64,000 bases of DNA from an uncultured Eubacteriales bacterium (GCA_902795275.1 CADBKQ010000003.1:69912-133911), one strand, 5' to 3'; shown: positions 7,562 to 17,905, numbered from the stretch's first letter. The notes: generated from the sequence alone by a model not told the origin. Numbers and translations: made by a program.

Positions 7562-9463
7562 TTACTCCGCCAGCGGCGCACTGGTCTTTGCCTTGCCTTT
7601 CAGCGGCGGGTCTTTCACCCAGTCGCATACGCCCCAGGTGTGCAGGCCGCAGCCGTTGCAGCCGTGGCGGCAGTCGGGGGTGGTCTGGGTCTGCTTGGCC
7701 TTTTCGTTCTCGCGTTTCAGATAGGCCATGCTCACGCCCGCGTCGATGAATTCCCAGGGCAAAAGCTCGTCGTAGGGCCTCTCCCGGTGGGCGTAGAACG
7801 CGGGGTCCAGGCCGCAGTCTTCAAAGGCGCCCATCCACTGGTCGAACTTGAAATGCTCGTTCCAGCTGTCTAAGCGGCAGCCCCGCTTCCAGGCGGCGTA
7901 AATCACCTCGCCGATGCGCCGGTCGCCCCGGGAAATGCAGGCCTCCAGCATGGACAGCTCGCTTTCGTGCCAGTTGAAATGCACGTTTTTCAGCTTCAGA
8001 TACTGCCGCAGGGCCGCCTGCTTTTCGTGGACGGTGTCGATGGTGTCCTGGGCAGCCCATTGGAAAGGCGTGAAAGGCTTGGGCACGAACACGGACGCGC
8101 TGGCCGTCACCCGCACGCCGCTCTTGGCCCGCTGTTCCTTGGGCACGCGGTAGAAGGCGTCCACCACCTTCTTGGCCAAATCGCCGATGCCCCGCAAATC
8201 CTCGTCAGTTTCGGTGGGCAGGCCCATCATGAAGTACAGCTTCACGCTGCTCCACCCGCACTCAAAGGCGTCGGTGACGGAGCGGATCAAGTCTTCCTCC
8301 GTCACGCCCTTGTTGATGACATCGCGCAGCCGCTGTGTCCCCGCTTCGGGCGCCAGGGTGAGGCCGGACTTTTTCACCTGCTGAGTTTCTTCCAGGGATT
8401 GCTTCACGATGTTGTCGATGCGCATGCTGGGCAGGGACACGCTCACCCGCTTGTCCCGGTAGCGGTCCATCAATGCCTGAATCAATTGCGGCAGGCAGGT
8501 GTAATCCCCGCTGGACAGGGAGGACAGGCTCATTTCCTCATAGCCCGTGGACTGCTGCAATTTGTCCGCCAGCTCCAAAAGCCGTTCCATGCTGCGCTCC
8601 CGCACGGGCCGGTACAGCATTCCCGCCTGGCAGAAGCGGCAGCCCCGGGTGCAGCCCCGCATGATTTCCAGCACCATGCGGTCATGGACGATTTCGGTGT
8701 AGGGGACGGGGATGGACTCGGGATAAATCGCGTTGGACAAGTCCTTGACCACCCGCTTTTTCACCTTCGCGGGGGCCGCCGGGTCGTTGGGCTTGAAGGA
8801 TTTCAGGGTGCCGTCCCCGTTGTAGCTGACGTCGTAGAAAGCCGGAACATAAACCCCTTCCAGCTTCGCCAGGTTCCGCAGAATGTCGATGCGTTTCAGC
8901 CCTGCCACCCTGCCGTCCCGGATCACGTCGATCAGCTCGTGCATCACGTCCTCGCCGTCGCCGATCATAAAGGCGTCGATGAAGGGGGCCAGGGGTTCGG
9001 GGTTAAAGGCGCAGGGCCCGCCCGCCACCACGATGGGGTCGGCCTCGGCCCTCTCCTCCCTGCGAATCGGTACCCGGCCCAAATCCATCATTTCCAGGAT
9101 GTTGGTATAGCTCATTTCGTATTGCAGGGTGAAGCCGATGATGTCAAATTCATTCAGCGCCGCCCGGCTTTCCAGAGAGAACAGCGGCACGCCGGCCTCC
9201 CGCATCTTGTCCGCCATGTCGGCGTCGGGCATGAACAGCCGCTCGCACAGGGCGTCGGGGCGTTCGTTGATGAGATAATACAGAATCTTCATGCCCAGGT
9301 GGCTCATGCCGATTTCGTAGGTGTCCGCGAAGCAGAAGCCGAAGGTGCACTTCACGCTGTTCCAGTCCTTGCGCACCGCGTTCATTTCGCCGCCGGTATA
9401 GCGGGCGGGCCGCTGCACCGTTTCCAGCAGTTCTTCCAGCTTCCTGTTTTCCAGGTCGTTCAA
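7562..9463 (-). CDS. TIGR03960-family B12-binding-domain radical SAM protein
   Basis: The body matches this family (ARYTGGEMNAV..., radical SAM motif RGCTRGCRFCQAG). The 720-aa track ORF has an implausible N-terminus. I place the start at the TTG at 9463, preceded by a GGGGGA RBS, so the start is uncertain. Confidence 0.8.
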   Translation of the reverse strand: MNDLENRKLEELLETVQRPARYTGGEMNAVRKDWNSVKCTFGFCFADTYEIGMSHLGMKILYYLINERPDALCERLFMPDADMADKMREAGVPLFSLESRAALNEFDIIGFTLQYEMSYTNILEMMDLGRVPIRREERAEADPIVVAGGPCAFNPEPLAPFIDAFMIGDGEDVMHELIDVIRDGRVAGLKRIDILRNLAKLEGVYVPAFYDVSYNGDGTLKSFKPNDPAAPAKVKKRVVKDLSNAIYPESIPVPYTEIVHDRMVLEIMRGCTRGCRFCQAGMLYRPVRERSMERLLELADKLQQSTGYEEMSLSSLSSGDYTCLPQLIQALMDRYRDKRVSVSLPSMRIDNIVKQSLEETQQVKKSGLTLAPEAGTQRLRDVINKGVTEEDLIRSVTDAFECGWSSVKLYFMMGLPTETDEDLRGIGDLAKKVVDAFYRVPKEQRAKSGVRVTASASVFVPKPFTPFQWAAQDTIDTVHEKQAALRQYLKLKNVHFNWHESELSMLEACISRGDRRIGEVIYAAWKRGCRLDSWNEHFKFDQWMGAFEDCGLDPAFYAHRERPYDELLPWEFIDAGVSMAYLKRENEKAKQTQTTPDCRHGCNGCGLHTWGVCDWVKDPPLKGKAKTSAPLAE

Positions 9464-9639
9464 AAGGTCGTCCCCCCAACAATCAATCCATATAGAACCA
9501 ATGTATATTGTATCATTCTTTCCGCCGTTTGTCCATGTTTTCAGCGGAAAAACGAAGGCGGTTTTGGCTGTTGAACATTTGCTGCGGGGATGGTATACTG
9601 TATCCGTATCCACGCAAAGAAAAGATGTGAGGTTGACCC

Positions 9640-11046
9640 ATGGCGAAAGCAGCGGTAAACAAGAAAGAAATGTTTGAAACCATGCCTGTGCCCCAGGCGC
9701 TGGCGGCCATGGCGGTGCCGACAATCATCAGCCAATTGATCACGCTGATCTACAACATGGTGGACGCCTTCTTTATCGGCCAGACGGGCAATTCCTTCAT
9801 GGTGGCGGCGATCTCCCTGACGCTGACGCTGGTGATCATGCTCACCTCCCTGTCCAACCTGTTCGGCGTGGGCGGCGGCAGCCTGACCGCCCGGCTGATG
9901 GGCGTGAGCCAGGACGAGGAAGCCCGGCGCGTGAGCGCGTTCAGCGTGTATGGAGCTATCGCCGTGGCGCTGGCGTATTCCCTGCTCATCGGCTTGTTCA
10001 TGAATCCGCTGCTGTATTTCCTGGGCGCGTCGGAAGCGACCATTGCCTACGCCCGGCAGTATACCTTCCTGGTGATCGTGCTGGGCGGCGGGTTCAGCAT
10101 GGTGAGCATGACGGTTGCCCACCTGCTGCGAAACGCGGGATATTCTTCCCAGGCCAGCATGGGCCTGAGCCTGGGCGGCGTGCTGAACATGGCGCTGGAC
10201 CCGCTGTTCATGTTCGTGCTTTTGCCCCGGGGCAGCGAAGTGATCGGCGCGGCGCTGGCGACGCTGCTTTCCAATATGGTCTCCTGCGGCTATCTGCTGT
10301 TTTCCTATCGCAAAGCCGCCCGAACCGCGGCGCTCAGCCTGAGCCTGAACCAGGCGCGGAAGGTGAAGAAAGACAGTATAAAAAAGGTGTTCGCCGTGGG
10401 CGTGCCTTCCGCCATTCTGACGGGGCTGTTCGACCTGGCGAACGTATGCGTGAACATGCTGGCCTCCGCCCACAGCGACATGGCGCTGGCGGGCATGGGC
10501 ATCGTCATGAAGGTGGAGCGGGTGCCCAACGCCGTCAACATCGGCATCTGCCAGGGGGCCATGCCGATCATCTCCTACAACTATTCCTCCGGCAACCATG
10601 AGCGCATGAAAAAGACGATCCGCACCGCGCGGCTCTGGGGTCTGATCGTTTCCTTCGCGTCCATCGCCCTGTTCCAGCTTTTCGCCGGGCAGGTGACGCG
10701 GCTGTTCATGAGCACCAGCCGGGGCGACCTGGACAACGCCCTGCGCACCATCGCCTACGCCACCCTGTTCCTGCGCATCCGCTGCTGCGCGTCGCCCTTC
10801 CAGTTCCTCAACTACCACACCTCCTTCTCCATGCAGGCCATGGGCAACGGCAAGGCCACCATGCTGCACGCCTTCGTGCGGGAATTGGTGTTCTACATTC
10901 CCTTCATGTTTCTGCTGGATCGGCTGTTCGGCGAAACGGGCCTGGCCTGCGCCCTGATCGCGGGCGAGTTCTGCGGGGCCATGTTCGCCCTGTGGCTGAT
11001 GCGAAGGGCCATGAAGCAGGCAGGGGAACGGGGTGCGGGCGTATGA
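9640..11046 (+). CDS. MATE-family efflux transporter
   Basis: 468-aa polytopic ORF whose N-terminus (MPVPQALAAMAVPTIISQLITLIYNMVDAFFIGQ) is the MatE signature. Confidence 0.9.
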   Translation: MAKAAVNKKEMFETMPVPQALAAMAVPTIISQLITLIYNMVDAFFIGQTGNSFMVAAISLTLTLVIMLTSLSNLFGVGGGSLTARLMGVSQDEEARRVSAFSVYGAIAVALAYSLLIGLFMNPLLYFLGASEATIAYARQYTFLVIVLGGGFSMVSMTVAHLLRNAGYSSQASMGLSLGGVLNMALDPLFMFVLLPRGSEVIGAALATLLSNMVSCGYLLFSYRKAARTAALSLSLNQARKVKKDSIKKVFAVGVPSAILTGLFDLANVCVNMLASAHSDMALAGMGIVMKVERVPNAVNIGICQGAMPIISYNYSSGNHERMKKTIRTARLWGLIVSFASIALFQLFAGQVTRLFMSTSRGDLDNALRTIAYATLFLRIRCCASPFQFLNYHTSFSMQAMGNGKATMLHAFVRELVFYIPFMFLLDRLFGETGLACALIAGEFCGAMFALWLMRRAMKQAGERGAGV

Positions 11047-11960
11047 AAAAGCGCGTGATCGGCATCGTCGGGCCGACTGCCAGCGGGAAAACCGCCCTGT
11101 CGCTGCTGGCAGGGCAAAGGCTGGGCGGGGACATTCTGTGCATGGATTCCATGCAGATTTACAAAGGCATGGACATCGGCACCGCCAAGCCCACGAAGGA
11201 GGAGCAGGCGCTTGTTCCCCATCACCTGCACAGCTTCCTGGAACCGGCGGAGAGCTTTTCCGTGTCCCAGTACGCGGAGAAGGCGAGGGCCCTTATCGAG
11301 CAGGTCAACACGCCCATCCTGGTGGGCGGCACGGGCATGTACCTGCAATCCCTGTCCTTGCCGATGGATTACGGCGCGGTGGGTGGGGATGAAGAAATCC
11401 GCCGCAAGTATCACGAAATCGCCAACACCCGGGGCGTGGACGAACTGCATGCGATTTTAGAGCGGGTCGACCCGGTTTCCGCCGCCCGGCTGCATCCCAA
11501 CGACGTACGGCGGGTGGTGCGGGCGCTGGAGGTGTATGACCTGACCGGCGCGCCGCTATCCGCCCAGAAGATGCCAGGGCCGGAGGATTCGCCCTATAAT
11601 TTCCGGCTGTACGCCCTGGACCTGCCGAGGGACATCCTCTATCAGCGGGTCGATCAGCGGGTGGATGACATGATGAAAATGGGCCTGCTGGAGGAAGTGA
11701 AGCGACTAAAGGACAGCGGGATTCCCGCCGATGCCCAGTCCATGCAGGGCCTGGGGTACAAGGAACTGCTGCCCGTGCTGGACGGAGCGATGCCGCTCGC
11801 CGACGCGGTTTCGCTCATCAAGCTCCGCACCCGGCACTACGCCAAACGCCAGCTTACCTGGTTCAAGCGGGACGACAGGATCCGCTGGATTCCGTTCCTG
11901 CCGGGGCAGCGTTTGGAACCCATTGCTGATATGATTTGTGAAAACGATTGGAAGGAATGA
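11043..11960 (+). CDS. miaA: tRNA dimethylallyltransferase MiaA
   Basis: MKKRVIGIVGPTASGKTALS P-loop start at 11043, in an ATGA overlap with the MATE stop codon. IPPT-family body. The track ORF start at 10992 is an upstream extension. Confidence 0.9.
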   Translation: MKKRVIGIVGPTASGKTALSLLAGQRLGGDILCMDSMQIYKGMDIGTAKPTKEEQALVPHHLHSFLEPAESFSVSQYAEKARALIEQVNTPILVGGTGMYLQSLSLPMDYGAVGGDEEIRRKYHEIANTRGVDELHAILERVDPVSAARLHPNDVRRVVRALEVYDLTGAPLSAQKMPGPEDSPYNFRLYALDLPRDILYQRVDQRVDDMMKMGLLEEVKRLKDSGIPADAQSMQGLGYKELLPVLDGAMPLADAVSLIKLRTRHYAKRQLTWFKRDDRIRWIPFLPGQRLEPIADMICENDWKE

Positions 11961-11965
11961 TTCCC

Positions 11966-13198
11966 ATGAACATCGACGCTTTGATGGCCCAGGCCGAAAA
12001 GGACTGCCGGCCCGTATTCGCCGCGCTGGAAGAAAACGAAATCGTGAACACCCAGCGGGTGCTGGCCGCGTTCCAGGCGGAGGACATCGCCACCCGCCAC
12101 TTCTCCCCCACCACCGGCTACGGCTACGACGATATTGGCCGGGACGCCCTGGAACGGGTCTTTGCCCGGCTGTTCGGGGCAGAAAGCGCCATCGTACGGC
12201 CCGCCGTCGCCTGCGGCACCGCCGCACTTTCCCTGTGCCTGTTCGGGCTGCTGCTGCCCGGCGACCATCTGCTGTCCGCCACCGGCGCGCCCTACGACAC
12301 CATGGAAACGGTGATCGGGCTGAGCGGCAGCGCTCCGGGGAACCTGAAGGAAATGGGCGTGACCTATTCCCAGGTGGAAATGTGCGACGATCAAAAAAAG
12401 ATCGACGTGCCCGCCGTCCTGAAAGCGATTCAGCCCAGCACGAAGGTGGTGCTCATCCAGCGCAGCCGGGGCTATGCCTGGCGGGCGTCCCTGCGGCCCG
12501 AGGAAATGCGGGACGTGATCGAAGCCGTCCACGCGGCCCGGCCCGACATTTTCATCATGGTGGACAATTGCTACGGCGAGTTCATCACCGACAAGGAGCC
12601 GACCCACTTCGGCGCGGACGTGTGCGTGGGGTCGCTGATCAAGAATCCCGGCGGCGGGCTGGCCCCCACCGGGGCGTATCTGGTGGGCGCGAACCGGGCG
12701 ATTGAACGCATCGAAGCCCGGCTCACCGCGCCGGGTTTGGGCCGGGAGGTGGGCAGCTACGCGGCCAGCTACCAGCCCTTCTACCAGGGCTTGTTTATGG
12801 CCCCGCATACCGTGACCCAGGCGCTGAAAACGTCGATCTTGGCGGCAAGAACCTTTGAACTGCTGGGCATGAAAACCACCCCGGCCTTTGACGCGCCCCG
12901 GGCCGACATCATCCAGGCCATCGAAATGGGCGACCCGGACAAGCTGATCGCCTTCGTCCAGGGCATCCAGGCCGCCTCCCCCATCGACGGCAGCGCCGTG
13001 CCCGAGCCCTGGGACATGCCCGGCTATACCGACCAGGTGATCATGGCGGCGGGCACCTTCGTGGCGGGGGCCAGCATCGAGCTGTCCGCCGACGCGCCCA
13101 TGCGCGCCCCGTACACCGTGTATTTGCAGGGCGGGCTGACCTACGCCCACGGAAAGATCGCGCTGAAAACAGCGCTGGAAAAGATGGAAAAGCAATAA
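11966..13198 (+). CDS. PLP-dependent YnbB / 'aluminium resistance' family protein (Cys/Met-metabolism fold)
   Basis: MNIDALMAQAEKDCRPVFAALEENEIVNTQRVLAAFQ...TGYGYDDIGRD is typical of the family. Alternative starts are at 11948 and 11957. 11966 has the best RBS spacing (GGAAGGA). Confidence 0.75.
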   Translation: MNIDALMAQAEKDCRPVFAALEENEIVNTQRVLAAFQAEDIATRHFSPTTGYGYDDIGRDALERVFARLFGAESAIVRPAVACGTAALSLCLFGLLLPGDHLLSATGAPYDTMETVIGLSGSAPGNLKEMGVTYSQVEMCDDQKKIDVPAVLKAIQPSTKVVLIQRSRGYAWRASLRPEEMRDVIEAVHAARPDIFIMVDNCYGEFITDKEPTHFGADVCVGSLIKNPGGGLAPTGAYLVGANRAIERIEARLTAPGLGREVGSYAASYQPFYQGLFMAPHTVTQALKTSILAARTFELLGMKTTPAFDAPRADIIQAIEMGDPDKLIAFVQGIQAASPIDGSAVPEPWDMPGYTDQVIMAAGTFVAGASIELSADAPMRAPYTVYLQGGLTYAHGKIALKTALEKMEKQ

Positions 13199-13210
13199 AG
13201 GAGGCAAACC

Positions 13211-14227
13211 ATGAAAGCATTATTCATCGGCGGGACGGGCGTAATCAGCACGTCCATTTCCCAGCTGCTGGTCTCCCAGGGCTGGGACCTGACCCTGCTC
13301 AACCGGGGCAATCGGCAAAGCGACGTACCCGGCGCGAAGCAATTGATCCTGAACGTGAACGACGAAGCGGCGGTGGCAAAGGCCATCGAAAACGAACATT
13401 TCGACGTGGTAGCGGACTTCATCTGCTTCGTGCCCGCCCAGGCGGAGCGGGATATTCGGCTGTTCAAAGGAAAGACCGACCAGTACATTTTCATCAGCTC
13501 GGCCAGCGCCTACCAAAAGCCCTTGGCCCATCCCGTCATCCGGGAATCCACGCCGCTTTCCAACCCCTACTGGGAATACTCCCGGAATAAAATCGCCATT
13601 GAAGAGCTGCTCATGCGGGAATACCGGCAAAACGGCTTCCCCATCACCATCGTGCGCCCCAGCCACACCTTCTCCTGGCGCTCGCTGCCGGTTGCCATCC
13701 ACGGGGACAAAGGCCCCTGGCAGGTGGTAAAGCGCATGCGGGAAGGCAAGAAAGTGCTCATGCCCGGCGACGGCAGCAGCCTGTGGGCGGTGATGAACAG
13801 CGAAGACTTTGCCCCGGCGTTCGTGGGCCTAATGGGCAACATCCACGCCATCGGCCAGGCGGTGCAGATCACCGGCGAAGAGCTGCTTACCTGGAACCAG
13901 ATCATGGAAAGCATCGCCCGGGCCGCGGGCGGGGAATACAGGCCCTGCTATGTGCCCACCGATGTGCTCATGCAAACCAAGAAATACGACTTCACCGGCG
14001 CGCTGCTGGGCGACAAATCCAACACCGTAATTTTCGACAACTCCCTGCTGCATCGCCTGGTGCCGACGTTCCAACAGCGGCGCACCTTTGACCAGTGCGC
14101 GAGGGAGAGCGTTGCCTACTTCCTCTCCCATCCCGAAATGCAAACGGAAGACCCGGACTTTGACGCCTTCTCCGACGCCCTTGTGGACATCATGGAAGAC
14201 GCGGCGGAAAAGGTCAGGAGAATATAA
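13211..14227 (+). CDS. NAD-dependent epimerase/dehydratase-family (extended SDR) protein
   Basis: 338-aa ORF with the Rossmann motif MKALFIGGTGVIS. Confidence 0.75.
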   Translation: MKALFIGGTGVISTSISQLLVSQGWDLTLLNRGNRQSDVPGAKQLILNVNDEAAVAKAIENEHFDVVADFICFVPAQAERDIRLFKGKTDQYIFISSASAYQKPLAHPVIRESTPLSNPYWEYSRNKIAIEELLMREYRQNGFPITIVRPSHTFSWRSLPVAIHGDKGPWQVVKRMREGKKVLMPGDGSSLWAVMNSEDFAPAFVGLMGNIHAIGQAVQITGEELLTWNQIMESIARAAGGEYRPCYVPTDVLMQTKKYDFTGALLGDKSNTVIFDNSLLHRLVPTFQQRRTFDQCARESVAYFLSHPEMQTEDPDFDAFSDALVDIMEDAAEKVRRI

Positions 14228-14232
14228 GGGCA

Positions 14233-14279
14233 CGCCGGCAGACAGGCGTTTTGAATTTTCAAACGCCTGTCTGCCGGCG
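14233..14279. terminator. Bidirectional hairpin between convergent genes
   Basis: 19-bp perfect stem: cgccggcagacaggcgttt (14233-14251) pairs with aaacgcctgtctgccggcg (14261-14279). Confidence 0.75.
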
Positions 14280-14289
14280 ATTTCTTGGT

Positions 14290-15726
14290 TTAGCACACGC
14301 CTTCATTTTCCTTTGGCTCCGTCACATGCGTCAGGTTCTGAATCCACCTGCCGGATCTGACGAAGAAATAGCCGATTACGCATTTGATCAGGTTGGCCGC
14401 CTCCACAACGGCAAAGGTGACCACGATATCCGCCTGAACCACCTTGACCATCAGCAGCGCCAGAGGCACGGAAATCGCCCAGGTGTAGCCGCTGTCAAAC
14501 AGGAAGGTGATGATGGTCTTGCCGCCGGAGCGCAGGGTGAAATAAGAGCAGTGGGCGAAGGCGTAGAGCGGCATGGCGCAGGCGGTGACGATGAGCAGCC
14601 GGGACGCCATGTCGCGTACGTCCTGGGTGACGCCGCTGTAAGCGTTGGGAATCAGGGGCGCGAAGAGGATCAGCGGAATGCCCATGGCGATGGCGCCCGC
14701 CACGCCGAAGGCAATCAGCTTCCATACGTCGCCCCTGGCCTTCTCAAAGTCCCCCGCGCCCAGGGCCTGGCCCACCATGACCGCCACCGCCGTGCCCATG
14801 GACATGTACACGGAATTGAACAGGTTGGAGATGGTGAACGTGATGCTGAGCGCCGACACCACCACCAGCCCGCAGAGCGAATACACGGCGGTCAGCGCAC
14901 TCATGCCCACGGACCAGAGCACTTCGTTCAGCAGCAGCGGCGAGCCCATGCGCAGCACCTTCCTGAACAGCGCGGCGGGCACCTTCAGCGTGCGGTACGC
15001 TCCTTCGATAAAGACGAAGCGCTTGTGATGCTTATGCGTGAAGCCCATCACGATGCCCAGCTCCACATAGCGGCTGATCACCGTGGCCATCGCCGCGCCC
15101 ACCACTTCCAGGCGCGGAAAGCCGAATTTGCCGAAAATCAGCAGGTAGTTGAACACCGCGTTGGTGCAGACCGCCGCCACGCTGGCCAACATGGGCAGCC
15201 GGGTCTCCCCCATTTCCCTGAGCGTGCCGGCGTAGCACTGGCTGAGGGCGAAGGCGGGCAGGCCGAACAGCATCACCAGCAGGTAATCCCGCCCGTTCTT
15301 CAGCATCTGCTCCGCCAGCGCCGGGTCGCCGTCGCCCTGCAAGAACAGGGAAATCAGCGGCCGGTTGAACCCGATGAACGCCACAAACGCCACCGCCAGC
15401 AGCGCCAGCGATTCCAGCAGCTTGATGCGGAAGGTGTGCCGCACGCCCTCAATATTCCCGGCGCCGAAATACTGCGCGCCGAAAATGCCCGGCCCCGCCA
15501 GGCCGCCGAAGATGGCCAGGCTGAACACAAAATTCAATTGGTTGGCAATGGACACGCCGCTCATCTGCGCGTCGCCCAGCGCGCCGACCATCAGGTTGTC
15601 CAGAAAGTTGACGAAATTGGAAATACTGCTTTGGATGATCACGGGAATAATGATCGCCAGCACCGCGCGGTAAAAAGCGCGGTCGCCGATCAGGGTGCGC
15701 TTGGCCTTGGCAAGCATGGAAGCCAT
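14290..15726 (-). CDS. MATE-family efflux transporter
   Basis: 478-aa polytopic ORF. The motif VIIQSSISNFVNFLDNLMVGALG is MatE-like. Confidence 0.9.
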   Translation of the reverse strand: MASMLAKAKRTLIGDRAFYRAVLAIIIPVIIQSSISNFVNFLDNLMVGALGDAQMSGVSIANQLNFVFSLAIFGGLAGPGIFGAQYFGAGNIEGVRHTFRIKLLESLALLAVAFVAFIGFNRPLISLFLQGDGDPALAEQMLKNGRDYLLVMLFGLPAFALSQCYAGTLREMGETRLPMLASVAAVCTNAVFNYLLIFGKFGFPRLEVVGAAMATVISRYVELGIVMGFTHKHHKRFVFIEGAYRTLKVPAALFRKVLRMGSPLLLNEVLWSVGMSALTAVYSLCGLVVVSALSITFTISNLFNSVYMSMGTAVAVMVGQALGAGDFEKARGDVWKLIAFGVAGAIAMGIPLILFAPLIPNAYSGVTQDVRDMASRLLIVTACAMPLYAFAHCSYFTLRSGGKTIITFLFDSGYTWAISVPLALLMVKVVQADIVVTFAVVEAANLIKCVIGYFFVRSGRWIQNLTHVTEPKENEGVC

Positions 15727-15965
15727 CCGGGTTTCACCTCGTTGAATTCAGAAATCTTCATTTCCATTATAGGGCAAGTGAAGCGCTTGTCAAGCAGGGC
15801 GCGCTTCCAAATATTAAGATTGTTGGAAATTTTGCGGTTTTTGTTTGAAAAGGCTTTATTTTCGCGCCTTTTGTGGTATAATAGGAACGATATGTGTCCA
15901 TTGAGAAAGCGTATGATTCTATTTGTTTTTCTGTGATTTTACCATGCGGTTGCAGGAGTAGAACG

Positions 15966-17849
15966 ATGATCAAGTATCGCATCGCATTCTTTACGGCGGA
16001 CTGGAATTTTGAGCTGGTGGAAAGCACGCTGCACGGGCTGAAGCAGTACGTGGACGAGCATGAGGACATTCAGCTGTGTGTGTTTGACTGCTTCGGGAAA
16101 GACCTGGACAACGAAAAAGACAAAAGCGAGTACGCCATTTATCAGCTGGCCGACCTCAGCCAGTTCGACGGCCTGCTCATCCAGGGCAACCAAATCGTGC
16201 TCAAGCGCGTGCGGCAGGAGCTTGGCGAGCGGCTCAAGAACGCCGGTATGCCCGTGGTGGCCATCGACTGTCCCCTGCCGGGATGCTCCCTGGCGGGCGT
16301 CGACAACAAGAAAGCGCAGCACGACGTCACGGAGCACCTGATCCTCCGCCACGGCGCGCGGCGCATGGTGTACCTGACGGGCCTGCTGGACAACGGCTGT
16401 CCGGAGGCCCAGCAGCGCCTGGAGGGCTTCCGGCAGGCCTGCCGGGAAAACAACATCCCTCCGGAAAACACGGAAGTCATCGAATGCACCTGGCGCACCG
16501 CCGACGGCATCACAGTGGCCACCCAATGGGTGGAAAGCGGAAAGCCCCTGCCCGACGCTTTCGTCTGCGCCAACGACGATATGGCCCTGGGATTGATGGA
16601 AGCGCTGGAGGAGAAAGGCTTCCACGTTCCCCAGGAAGTGATGGTCACCGGCTTTGACGGGCTGACCAGCGCCGAGCTGTCCAGCCCCAGCCTGTCCACC
16701 GTGTTCCGGGACAACAAAATGCTGAATTACCGCGCCCTGGATTTTCTGATCCGCAAGATCAAAGGGACGGAACACGCGGATTCCATGGTCTTCCCCTTCG
16801 GCCTGTCCTTCACCGAATCCTGCGGCTGCGAAGAAACCGGCGTGCATTCCTTCCTCCGGAAAAAATACTTCAAGCAGGTGCGCTTCCTGAAAAACTTCTA
16901 CATCTTACAGGACGAGCTGGCGGAAGAACTGTTTGAAGCCAACGACCTGATGGATCTGATGGAGATCGTGGAGGACAACAAGGAAATCTTCGGCTGCGAC
17001 AACGCCTATATGTGCATCAACGATTACTACTTTGACAACTACGATAAAAAGAACTGGCACCGGGATTCCAAATCCTTCGGCGAAAATATGGTGCTGGCCT
17101 CCTGCGGACGCAGCTGGATCTCCAACGGGCAGGCCTACGCCCGCTTTCCCCGGAAAGACCTGCTGCCCAAGGATCTGATGGAGCGGGAGCGCTTTCTCAT
17201 TTTCTATCCGCTGCACTACAACACCTATTCCATCGGCTACCTGGCGCTGGACGGCATCAGCGAGGCAGCCAAGCTGAACCTGCATATGAGCATTTTCAGC
17301 TTCCTGGAAATCGCCATTGAAAACGTGCGCAAGAAGTGCCTGCTGCGGCAGTTCAACGATTTCCTGGATAACCTCTACGTCCACGACGCGCTGACCGGGC
17401 TGTACAACCGCTTCGGCTACGAGCGCTACGGCCAGCACACCTTCGACACCTTTCTTTTGCAGGACGGCGGCGCGCAGATTCTGTTCATCGACCTGGACTA
17501 CCTCAAGCAGATCAACGACCGGTTCGGCCACGAGATCGGCGACGAGGCCATCCGCGGCGCGGCAAAAACGATTCAGGCGGCGTGCGACGACCGCGATTTC
17601 ATGATGCGCTACGGCGGCGACGAATTCCTGGTGATCGCCTCGGTGCGGGAAAGCAGCCTGGAGGCCGGCATCCAGCAGGCTGTGGGCGCTTATAACGCGA
17701 CGAACAACGAGAACCCCTTCACCCTCAGCCTCAGCGTGGGCATCATCCGCGCCGACATCCGCGAAAACCGTTCGCTGGAGGAATACGTGCAGGCCGCCGA
17801 CGTGCTGATGTACGAGCAGAAAAGCAAGCGGAAGGCGCGGAAAAACTGA
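15966..17849 (+). CDS. Diguanylate cyclase (GGDEF) with an N-terminal LacI/PBP-type-I sugar-binding-like domain
   Basis: Starts MIKYRIAFFTADWN. The N-terminal ~280 aa resemble periplasmic-binding-protein type I, with no signal peptide. The C-terminus has DALTGLYNRF...RYGGDEFLV (GGDEF). Confidence 0.85.
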   Translation: MIKYRIAFFTADWNFELVESTLHGLKQYVDEHEDIQLCVFDCFGKDLDNEKDKSEYAIYQLADLSQFDGLLIQGNQIVLKRVRQELGERLKNAGMPVVAIDCPLPGCSLAGVDNKKAQHDVTEHLILRHGARRMVYLTGLLDNGCPEAQQRLEGFRQACRENNIPPENTEVIECTWRTADGITVATQWVESGKPLPDAFVCANDDMALGLMEALEEKGFHVPQEVMVTGFDGLTSAELSSPSLSTVFRDNKMLNYRALDFLIRKIKGTEHADSMVFPFGLSFTESCGCEETGVHSFLRKKYFKQVRFLKNFYILQDELAEELFEANDLMDLMEIVEDNKEIFGCDNAYMCINDYYFDNYDKKNWHRDSKSFGENMVLASCGRSWISNGQAYARFPRKDLLPKDLMERERFLIFYPLHYNTYSIGYLALDGISEAAKLNLHMSIFSFLEIAIENVRKKCLLRQFNDFLDNLYVHDALTGLYNRFGYERYGQHTFDTFLLQDGGAQILFIDLDYLKQINDRFGHEIGDEAIRGAAKTIQAACDDRDFMMRYGGDEFLVIASVRESSLEAGIQQAVGAYNATNNENPFTLSLSVGIIRADIRENRSLEEYVQAADVLMYEQKSKRKARKN

Positions 17850-17872
17850 TTGCATTGATCATGGTTTATACG

Positions 17873-17905
17873 AAAATGACCGTCCCTGAAAAGGGCGGTC
17901 ATTTT
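17873..17905. terminator. Bidirectional hairpin
   Basis: aaaatgaccgtccc...gggcggtcatttt has an A-run before and a T-run after. It lies between convergent genes and overlaps the stop of the M23 gene. Confidence 0.7.
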
